DNA of 64,000 nucleotides from Candidatus Obscuribacterales bacterium. Its GTDB lineage: Bacteria; Cyanobacteriota; Vampirovibrionia; Obscuribacterales; Obscuribacteraceae. Location: assembly GCA_965228855.1 (NCBI GenBank), contig CBDDIJ010000002.1, positions 288,001 through 352,000 of the forward strand, given 5' to 3'. The notes below the pieces were generated by a model. That model had not been told where the DNA came from and did not search any database. It saw only the letters and a program-made list of their open reading frames with translations. Below are positions 30,832 to 39,200 of the stretch, one piece after another. The translations under genes and the position numbers were made by a program. The first letter of the stretch is position 1. Each line of letters opens with the position of its first letter.

Positions 30832-32064
30832 ATGGCAACCGACGAATTGCCTTCCGACCTCCTGCAGCAAGCCCGAGAACTCTCTCAAGATGCGCTTGTC
30901 GTTCCCGACAGCGTCGAGGGTTTGGCTCATAAGCTGCTGCAGGCACGTCAGGAGGGCAGACCTCTTCGGGTGAAGCTTGGTGTCGACCCGACGTCGGCTC
31001 ACCTGCACCTGGGTCATGCAGTCGTGGGGCGCGCATTGCGTCGCTTCATGGAGCGTGGACATCAGGTGGTGATTCTCATCGGCGGTTTCACCGCGCGGAT
31101 CGGCGACCCCACCGGTCGCAACGCTACGCGCCCGAAACTCACCGCAGACGAAGTGGCGCAAAACGCCACCAACTTCCTCGCGCAACTGCGTCGCGTCCTG
31201 GATGTCGACAAAGTCGAGGTGGTCAACAACGCCAGTTGGTTCGACACGATGTCTCTCCCCGAACTCCTCGAGCTCGCCGGAAGACTGACAGTCAATCAGC
31301 TTCTCGCCAAGGACGACTTCCGCACCAGAATCGCCAACGGCGACTCGCTCGCATTGCACGAGTTTCTCTACCCGGCGCTGCAGGGCTTCGATTCCGTCCA
31401 GGTCCGGGCGGATGTCGAACTCGGCGGCACCGATCAGCGCTTCAATCTCCTGATGGCCAGGCAGATTCAGCCGTCCTTCGGTCAGGAACCGCAGGTCGCG
31501 ATGATGCTGCCGATTCTCGAAGGCATCGATGGAAAGCGCAAGATGTCGAAGTCGTTCGGCAACGCGATTGCCCTGGACGACACCGCCGACGACATTGTCG
31601 CAAAGTGCATGCGCATTCCCGACGATGTCGTGCTCAAGTTCTTCACGTTGGCGACCAACATGACGAGCGACGAGGTCGAGGCGGAGAGAGCGATTCTCGC
31701 AAGCGGCGGCAATCCCAAGGATGCGAAAGAGCGCCTCGCTCGACGCATCGCGACGGAACTGCAAAGCGCTGACGCAGCCGAGACAGCAATCGCCGCATGG
31801 CAGAAGGTGCACAGCCTGCGCGAGCTTCCGGACACCATGCCGGAGCGCGTTCAGGTCGAGCCCATCGGTCTCGTCAAACTGCTCGTCGAGAGCGGCATGG
31901 CAGAGAGCAACACCAAAGCTCGCCGCCTGATCACCGACGGCGCCGTCAAACTCGACGGCGAGAAGGAAATGAACGTCGAGCGAGTCCTGGAGCCGATTGC
32001 GGAAGGAGGAGCGCTTGTCGTTTCCGTCGGTCGCAAGAAGTTTCTCAAGCTCATCGGCGGCTAA
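30832..32064 (+). CDS. tyrS: Tyrosine--tRNA ligase
   Basis: GVDPT, HLGH (HIGH), GGTDQ, KMSKS motifs; C-terminal S4 domain; AAGGAG RBS. Confidence 0.97.
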   Translation: MATDELPSDLLQQARELSQDALVVPDSVEGLAHKLLQARQEGRPLRVKLGVDPTSAHLHLGHAVVGRALRRFMERGHQVVILIGGFTARIGDPTGRNATRPKLTADEVAQNATNFLAQLRRVLDVDKVEVVNNASWFDTMSLPELLELAGRLTVNQLLAKDDFRTRIANGDSLALHEFLYPALQGFDSVQVRADVELGGTDQRFNLLMARQIQPSFGQEPQVAMMLPILEGIDGKRKMSKSFGNAIALDDTADDIVAKCMRIPDDVVLKFFTLATNMTSDEVEAERAILASGGNPKDAKERLARRIATELQSADAAETAIAAWQKVHSLRELPDTMPERVQVEPIGLVKLLVESGMAESNTKARRLITDGAVKLDGEKEMNVERVLEPIAEGGALVVSVGRKKFLKLIGG

Positions 32065-32429
32065 AGGCTGCCTGGAGGACGGCTCTCGGAGTCGTCCTTC
32101 AGGTCAGCTTCGGTTGGCAACAACCGAAACGTGACAGGTTCAAACGTCACGATCGCAAAGCTGCAAGCGGTTTTCCGCAAGCAGAACGGCGATGAAAGTT
32201 TGAACAGGCGAGCGCACGTTCGCCTTGTTAGTCGCATGTAGTCTACATGCACGGGTGAGGGCACCTCGGAGCTTGCCTTCTTGTCGGTTGGGAGAAAGCG
32301 TAAAAACTTTCTCGGCCGTACGCCACACCCCGCAGAGACTGGGGGAAGGAGAGCAATCTCCTTCTCGGTCTTTCTGCTCCAAACAAACAATTGGGCGCAA
32401 GCCCGCAACCTAAAACGGAGCTGAAAGAT

Positions 32430-32903
32430 ATGACTACAAACAACATCCCGGCGTTGAACGCCAATTCGAAAATCGGTGAAATCCTGATCGTTCTTGGTTT
32501 CGCCACGCAGCAAGCTGTCGACGACACGTTTGCCTACCAGCAAGCCGAACGGGCCGCGGGAAACAATCCCGGTCTGATCGGTGAGCTGTTCGTCGCGCGG
32601 GGCGTCTGCACCGCCGAACAGCGTGACCTCGGCATGAAGGTCCAGAGCCTCCTCAAGGAAGCTCATCAGAAGACCGGAGAGCTCGTCTCGCTCGACTCCG
32701 AAGCGCGCATCGGCAAGATTCTGATTGCCTTCGGAAACGCCACGCCGGAAGCGGTGGAGGAAACGTTCGCCTGGCAGAAAGCCGAACGAGATGCGGGTCG
32801 CGACCCGGGTCTCATCGGTGAACTCTTCGTCCAGCGCGGCGTCTGCACCGCAGAACAGCGCGACTTCGGCATGAAGGTGCAGGGTCATCTGCGTCGCGGC
32901 TAA
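32430..32903 (+). CDS. Stand-alone tandem MshEN (T2SSE_N-like) putative c-di-GMP-binding protein
   Basis: Four [KRL]IG[EK]xLxxxG...Q motifs arranged as two ~80-aa internal repeats. Confidence 0.75.
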   Translation: MTTNNIPALNANSKIGEILIVLGFATQQAVDDTFAYQQAERAAGNNPGLIGELFVARGVCTAEQRDLGMKVQSLLKEAHQKTGELVSLDSEARIGKILIAFGNATPEAVEETFAWQKAERDAGRDPGLIGELFVQRGVCTAEQRDFGMKVQGHLRRG

Positions 32904-32988
32904 ACCGCATCGCACCCCCGCATCCTGAACTAAACACAAGGGAGAGAGGAGCCCCCGCTCTTCTCTCCCTTCGTGCTCCCCAATCCGC

Positions 32989-33126
32989 CTACTATATTTT
33001 TTCGTATAACGCATTTCGGCAAACGCCTTCAGGTCTTTCATTTTCAAGGATGCGGACTTCGTATTCTGATCGTTTGTCTACGACAGAATGCCGGAATTTC
33101 AAATATTCGGCAACGCACCGTAGACA
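32989..33126. repeat. Octamer/palindrome module
   Basis: Terminator 32938-32971, CTACTATA 32989-32996, palindrome 33075-33126 (gap 78). Confidence 0.88.
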
Positions 33127-33232
33127 GCGGCAGTAGACTAAACTTATCAGTGGTTCGTACAACCAAGTCCACCGGCAGCCTGCGCACAAGGTCCCATCAG
33201 CAGCTAGCGCTCAAGTTTTCTCACACCTGCGG

Positions 33233-33496
33233 CTAAACATGCCCGCTCATGTCACTCAGGAGCCTCAAAGGTCGGCCAGGCCCTCCAATCTCGGACCAGA
33301 AATCTCTGATGTAATCGTCGACTTCGACGTCGAGACCCTGCAGCGAAAGCCCGTTGAGTGAGACCGTGCAATCGCCGTTTTCACATCAATCGGCCACGAG
33401 CGTGCCGCCGGAATCATAAACACCTATCCTCAATTCAAACACATCGCCAACTGGTACGACGACGCTCAAGCCAATGAAAGGCGAATTTTTCGGCAT
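33233..33496 (-). pseudogene. Short reading frame interrupted by in-frame TGA, between two palindromes
   Basis: Manual translation MPKNSPFIGLSVVVPVGDVFELRIGVYDSGGTLVAD*CENGDCTVSLNG...; TGA at 33386-33388. Confidence 0.35.
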
Positions 33497-33499
33497 TCT

Positions 33500-33678
33500 T
33501 GTCTACGCCTGGATGACGCTTTAAGCGAATTTCGTCTACGCACCGTAGCCAAAATGCAATTTTGAGAAACCACTTCAATGGCAGACCAGCCCAAAAGTCC
33601 CTCCCTGTTTACAATTGCCCTATAAAGCTGATACGCCCGCATATAGTAGTAAAGCTTTGGAGTAGTAAAGCTTTGGAG
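33500..33678. repeat. Palindrome/octamer module with 17-bp duplicated end
   Basis: Palindrome 33500-33551; TATAGTAG 33642-33649 (gap 90); AGTAGTAAAGCTTTGG(A)G repeated twice. Confidence 0.88.
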
Positions 33679-33685
33679 AGCCAAA

Positions 33686-33826
33686 ATTCGTAAGGTGGCT
33701 CCACCGGTTGGTTGCAACTTCATCCCAGCAGGGTTTTACCTGCGTTGGCTGGTCTATGGAGAACCAGGCAGTCTTGGCTAGACGATGGGATTCCGCTTGC
33801 AGTGCCGGTGGCGCCGCCTTACGAAT
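33686..33826 (-). ncRNA. Degenerate tRNA-like cloverleaf (33721-33792) enclosed in a long closing stem
   Basis: Minus strand AATCCCA-TC-GTCT AGCCA AGAC-T-GC CTGGT TCTCCATAG ACCAG-CCAAC-GCAGG TAAAAC CCTGC-TGGGATG; outer ~22-bp stem 33686-33707/33805-33826. Confidence 0.6.
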
Positions 33827-33847
33827 CTTGACCCTTTAGTGAAGAAA

Positions 33848-33909
33848 ACAGTTTCCCGGTGGACCGAGGTCCACTTGCCCGAAGGCAAGCCGCGAGGCCG
33901 GGAAACTGT
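33848..33909 (-). terminator. Multibranch hairpin/terminator 3' of NADAR-like gene
   Basis: 12-bp ACAGTTTCCCGG/CCGGGAAACTGT stem enclosing three hairpins (one cUUCGg on minus strand), followed by U-rich tract. Confidence 0.65.
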
Positions 33910-33926
33910 CGAATCAAATCGGCCGG

Positions 33927-34394
33927 TTAAGCCCGATTCTTGAACTCGTCGCGAAGCTCCGTGAGAATGCGGACGAACACCGAAGCCGGAAAGACAGTGT
34001 CTTCAGGTTCGGGGTGACCGCAATCGTGGACGATGGGACGCGGGTCGGTGGCTACGAAAGCCGTCGCAATCGCGGGATGTGCCTCCAACTTGGCACGAAT
34101 CGCGCGCTTGATCAGTTCGACGTGCTTGTCGGAGCCCAGAGCAAACGTCTCGCCACCATAGGTGGTTTCGGTGAGCTTGCTCTTCTTGCCCATGTTCTTG
34201 ACCACGATGCCGTAGAGCTTGCGAACCTTCTCGCGCTTCTCATCCTCGAGGAAAAGAAGGGAGACGTAGAAGCCCTCGACCGAAGCATACTCGACACCGT
34301 CGATGGTGAACGGGGTCGGTGCGAAGTTCGACATCAAGCGCCCGATTTCTTCATCGGAGCGCGAGTAGACGTTCAGTGCGTTGTTGCTGTTCAT
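33927..34394 (-). CDS. NADAR-like (YbiA-related) stand-alone protein
   Basis: SNFAPTPFTIDGVEYASVEGFY...RAKLEAHP...ILTELRDE pattern; AAGGAG RBS. Confidence 0.75.
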   Translation of the reverse strand: MNSNNALNVYSRSDEEIGRLMSNFAPTPFTIDGVEYASVEGFYVSLLFLEDEKREKVRKLYGIVVKNMGKKSKLTETTYGGETFALGSDKHVELIKRAIRAKLEAHPAIATAFVATDPRPIVHDCGHPEPEDTVFPASVFVRILTELRDEFKNRA

Positions 34395-34786
34395 GACACG
34401 CTCCTTTTGGTTTGGTGTGGGCACTTTCGTCAGAACCTGCTTTCACGACTCTTCGAGCGAAGAGAAGCGAATGCTGAGATAGCCAGATAGATATGAGCTA
34501 CTTGGTTTTTCTGGTCCTTGAGAGAAGTGTGGAATTGAATATAAGAATCACCATAGAATCATGAGCTTTCAACAATCAATAGTTTTAATAAACCGCCTGG
34601 AGCCGCTCAAGCTCAGAAAAATCGGTATCCGAACCAAGCAAAGGGCTATATTTTGGGGCGTTTTCAAAGATCATTCAAGCTCGTGAAACCAAAAGCGCTC
34701 ATGGGAATTCCACGCACATTAAACCACTCTTAGATATTCGCGCAGCTCTGCGACCAGGTCGGTCCGGTCGATTTCCAGATCCGCCC

Positions 34787-34911
34787 CGTCAATCCTAGAG
34801 CGACGGTTTCAACCAATTCCGTCGCGCTCTCATTGACAGACCGATTCTAAATCCAGCCCTGTCAATTCTAAAGCGACGATTTCAGCAAATTCCGTCGCCC
34901 TCTCATTGACA
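34787..34911. repeat. Two 52-bp palindromes of the TGTCAA...TTGACA variant
   Basis: 34787-34838 and 34860-34911; same length and inner CGACG/CCGTCG boxes as the main family. Confidence 0.8.
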
Positions 34912-34953
34912 GCCGACTTGAGACCTATTTGTTTGACAGACCGAGCTTTTACC

Positions 34954-35973
34954 CTAACGTCCCAGCAACTTCTTGCCTGTGACATAGTCTTCGCGAATCT
35001 GCGTAAGGATGCGTTCCAGAACTTCACGCGGGAAGTCCGTTCCCGGCTTATCCGGATGACCGACATCATGAATGATCGGTCTGGGGTGCGTTTCCATAAA
35101 CGCTTTCGTCAGCGCCGGGTTCTGCTCAAATTTAGCTTGAATAGCCCTTTCGACCAATCTGTGATGTTCCTCGGAGCCAAGCTTAATCGTCTCCTTGCCG
35201 TACGTGGTCACCTTGAGACTGGAACCGTTGCCGACCTTCTTAGCCTCGAGTCCCCACATCTGCGCAATCTCCGCCCGGCGAACCGGATCACGGTACAGAA
35301 GCGAACTGTAAAATCCCTCAACAGACTCGTAGCGCTTGCCGTCCAGCGTGAACGGCGTGCGAGCAAAGTTTGAAATCTCCTGACCGATTGGCTCAGCGGA
35401 ACGGCTCCATGCGTTCAAAGGAGCCAAGTTTGCTCTGGCAGCATCGTCAGCAAACATCACGGTTTCCTTCGGAACCACCGCGGTCAGTTCAGAAGTTTTC
35501 GCTGCAAACGGAGCCGCCGCCTTAGTTTCAGCAGCCATTGTCGTAAGCGGTTTAGTATCGTCGATTAATCCAAAGTTGTCCAGCATCTTTCTGGTCCCAC
35601 CAGCGCCCGCGGCACCGGGAAGCGCTCCCAGAGCAAATGCGTCAAATGCAGCCGCGCCGATGCGTTCTTTAGTCGACGAGATGGAATTGGTTTCACCAGT
35701 CGCCAGCGACCAACCGGCCTGCACTGTTGCAGCAGCGCCGGCACCGAGAGCCATACCGTATTTGATACCACTTCCCCGCGTCGCAACTGCCACACATCCA
35801 CCCACGGCCAGCGATACCGCCGCGCGTGTGAGAGACTCGCCCGGATGGTCCGCGGCGTCGGTTGCACGCTGTTTAAATCCGCCCCAGATGCCGCTATCTT
35901 CCTGCAGCTTCGTTGAAGCTGAGGCGATATTTGTCTGGCGGCTTATAGATTCCTGAATTTCGGGAGGCAGCAT
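34954..35973 (-). CDS. NADAR-like domain fused to hydrophobic Gly/Ala-rich N-terminal region
   Basis: SNFARTPFTLDGKRYESVEGFY...QAKFEQNP; colinear with 33927..34394 protein. Confidence 0.75.
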   Translation of the reverse strand: MLPPEIQESISRQTNIASASTKLQEDSGIWGGFKQRATDAADHPGESLTRAAVSLAVGGCVAVATRGSGIKYGMALGAGAAATVQAGWSLATGETNSISSTKERIGAAAFDAFALGALPGAAGAGGTRKMLDNFGLIDDTKPLTTMAAETKAAAPFAAKTSELTAVVPKETVMFADDAARANLAPLNAWSRSAEPIGQEISNFARTPFTLDGKRYESVEGFYSSLLYRDPVRRAEIAQMWGLEAKKVGNGSSLKVTTYGKETIKLGSEEHHRLVERAIQAKFEQNPALTKAFMETHPRPIIHDVGHPDKPGTDFPREVLERILTQIREDYVTGKKLLGR

Positions 35974-36057
35974 CGAAAGAAACTCATGAGTTGATGCTCA
36001 AATCATAAGCCAAGCGCACCGCCGCCACACTGGGGAAAGTACGAAGCTATCGCCGGA

Positions 36058-36134
36058 TACCTCCAGCGGGAGTCGAACCCGCCTTGGCTGACTCTAAAAT
36101 AGTCAGGCTATCCTAACCGCTGGAAGATGGAGGT
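36058..36134 (-). tRNA. Atypical tRNA/tRNA-like RNA: Glu-type body, anticodon arm about 4 nt too long (apparent loop ATTTTAG)
   Basis: ACCTCCA/TGGAGGT acceptor stem, D-loop AGCGGTTA, T-arm GCGGG TTCGACT CCCGC; CTGACT/AGTCAG stem; no encoded CCA; TATGCT just upstream. Confidence 0.75.
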
Positions 36135-36228
36135 GTCTCTAGCATAGCCGATTGACGGGAAACAGATCGAGCGCAACTGTTCCTGCCCAAAATTGTTCCA
36201 GCTCGAACAGTTTTTGTTCGAAACAGCT

Positions 36229-39200
36229 CTAGCGCGACGCCACTGTTCTTGCGCGATAATCGTTGACCAGCTGCTCAAATTGCTGGCGATTGAATAGCGT
36301 TTGGAACCCGGGATGCTTTTCGGTACCGAGCGATTTCCATTGAGCCATCGCCTCATCTATCGATTTATTGCCTGCGACCACATCGTGAAACGCGTTGACC
36401 AGGCCGGTTCTGTCCTCTCCATGGTAGCAATGGAATAAAACATTTTTGCCTTCGCGCTGCGCTTGACCAACGACACGCTCGAATTCAGCGAGGTTATCCA
36501 GAAGCTGATTGTAATTAGGCGTGCCGCGCATAGGCCACTCCGTGGGAATGCCGAGGTTGCGCACGTCAACCTGTTTTCCAGCAAGGTCGGCAGCCCATTT
36601 AGCCTGGTCGGCAACGCTCTGCAGTTCATCTCGTCCGCCCGGTCCGCCCCGCAAATCAATCACGACATCGGCGTTGGTTTGCTCGATCATTCGAGCGAAT
36701 TCTTCGGGAGATTTCGTCGCACCAGCTCTGTATAACCCTTCCGAAACCTCTGTGACGGGCTGAGGTCTGCGTCCTGGAACTCTAGGCGTCCTGATTCCTT
36801 GTTCTTTCAAAACGCGATTCGTGAAGTCGTTGACCAGCGAGCGATTGTTCGTCGGATGGCTTCTGAACGGATGTAGCATTGCGATATCGACGTTCCGTTC
36901 AGGATCCTTGGTGACATAACCGGGATTACCAACGAGCGCATTGAGTTCGTCAGTCGTGAATCCCATCTGCTGAAGCGCTGGACTATCGAAGATTTGCGGC
37001 AAAACGCCATCGTGTGAATAAATGAATTTCGCATCGAAGTCAAAAACCGATTGCAACTTTTGCTCAGGCAGATAGCCGCCGAGGTGCGCAACTATGACGG
37101 GAGCACCAGATTCCTTGATCGCCTCGGATAAGGGACGCGGAGTCGTTCCGACGCCCTCCGCCAGCGGCTTCATCAAAAGTTTCTCGGGCTGTCTGCCGGT
37201 GAACGAATAGTCATCCAGGTAGACAACTACTTTGTCCTTAAATTTTGATGGATCCGCCTGGAATTCGGCAGCGGACACGAAGTTCTGCGAGCGCAAATCA
37301 GCGGTTCGTCCGAACAAGTGGTGGATAAGGTTGCTTGATCCATTTTCCTCCATGCGTGTGAGTACAACAACATCGTCCATGGTCTTGCCAGGCGGCAGTG
37401 CGTCCTGAATTCGCCGGTTCAGATTTTGCATTTCCTGCAACATCGTTTCGTACGTATTCACTTTCATTGTGTCGCGCAGAATGGTCGCGGCAGCTAATTT
37501 CTCGGCGTCGGTTAGCTTCTCGCCAGTCGTACTGCCAGGCTCCGGCGGTTTTCTATAATTGTCGAGGAAGCTGCGAACGTCTTTGTCGCTAACCATCGAG
37601 AAATTGTTCTTGCTTGCATCGTAAATCGGACGGCTGATTGCCTGATCGTAAATGTTTTCAGCTGAACGATTTCGCGTGCGCTGTGTGCGTGCCGGAAGTT
37701 CCGGACGTAGAATTTCCATGTTTGGAAAATCCTTCGCAGCATTATCGAGTGGTGCTCTGAGAACTTGTTGTATTGCTTCTTCGTTAGTAAGGTTTGGATT
37801 CTCTGCTTTAAGTCGTTTCGCCTGCTCAACCATCTCTGCCATTCGGGTTTGCATCGTCTCGGTGCTGCCAGTCAGCTTAGCCACACCTAGCTCCCACGTG
37901 TTCAGTCCGGAATTGAAACCGTTTAAATCAGATGCGTAAACCTTTGGAAGCTGGCGCAGGAAGTCTGATTGCGCGCCACTCAAGGAAGCAAGATCATCAA
38001 GCACGAGCACCGGATTTGATGGCGAGACTCCTTCGCGAATAGTCTGTGCATTGAGAACCTTGATTTCGACTTCCATGCTTGTATTCGTGCGAAGAAGGTA
38101 GGCTAGAGCCGCGCCGGAAGAATTTTCCTCCGATGCAACCACCGTAATTTTGCGAACTCCCTGCTCTTGCAACTTGCCGATCTGCTGTTGCAGTTTATCC
38201 AGTTGACCATCAAGAGCTTTGCGATGCAGGTTGGGAATGGACTGTTCCAGCAGTTCTAGAGCCAGTCCTCTATCTTGTGGTGGCACTTTGTCGAGCAATT
38301 CCAGGAATTGATCGCGACCAATTGGCGGGCGATTTTGAATTTCAGCAAGCTGTTCACTGACCTCGCGGATGCGCGCCGGATCAACAGGTTGGTCCTTGGC
38401 TCTGACGGGAGCGTCCGTAACCGGACGATTACGATCCGTGACATTGTCACCCTCGACTCGTGGCTCCGTCTCAGTCGGCTTCACCTCTTCCTCGACGCGA
38501 GCGGGCTGACGATGCGGCTCTACTTGACCGTCCGGAGTGGTTGGACGTTCGAGAGGCGTCGCCGGTCGCTCTGCCGGTGGAGTGATACCATCGCGCGATG
38601 GTACGTCTGTCGTTTGTGGTGCAACGTCTGTCGTGCCCGGGGGAACCTCTGTCGTTTGAGGGGGAACGTCTGCCGTCTGCGCCGGTCCGTCTGTCGTGCG
38701 CGCGGGAACTTCTGTCGTGCGACCTGGTACATCCGGAGTGTGTCCGGGCACGTCGGGCGTCACGTGGGCAACCGGCGCATCGACGCCTTGAAGAGCTTGA
38801 TCGGCGATGTTTTGTAGAGGCGAGCGTTCTCGAGAGGCCACCGTTCTCAACGCATTCCAGCCTTTTCCAGCCACCACCATACCCGGTGCCAGGAGGATCG
38901 GACCGAGGCTGCCGCCGAGTGCACCGAATGCGGTGCTAGTTGTCGCCTGCCGCAAGAACGAAGCAACGTCCCGAGCGTCTGCGCCAGCCTGAATTGTTCC
39001 CGACAAACCACTTCCCGCCATACCCGCCAGAGTGTTTTCCGGAGTGCTCATGACTATCTGCTTGAGCAATGTGCGGCTTTGCTCTTCAACAGACTCGGCC
39101 AAACTGTTTTTCAACAACGCGGCAACAGCCTTCTCATCGCCGTCTTTGGCAATCTGTTTTGCAAGCGACAGGATCGCATCGTCCGAGATTTTGCCACCAT

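Noticed and set aside
32110..32200. c-di-GMP-I riboswitch
   Set aside because: Contains CGCAAAGC but lacks the GGCAAA..GAAA..GGGA P2 arrangement.
36058..36134. Ordinary tRNA-Lys(UUU) or stop-codon suppressor
   Set aside because: The body is Glu-like, the anticodon arm is oversized and loop position 32 would be A, so identity cannot be assigned.
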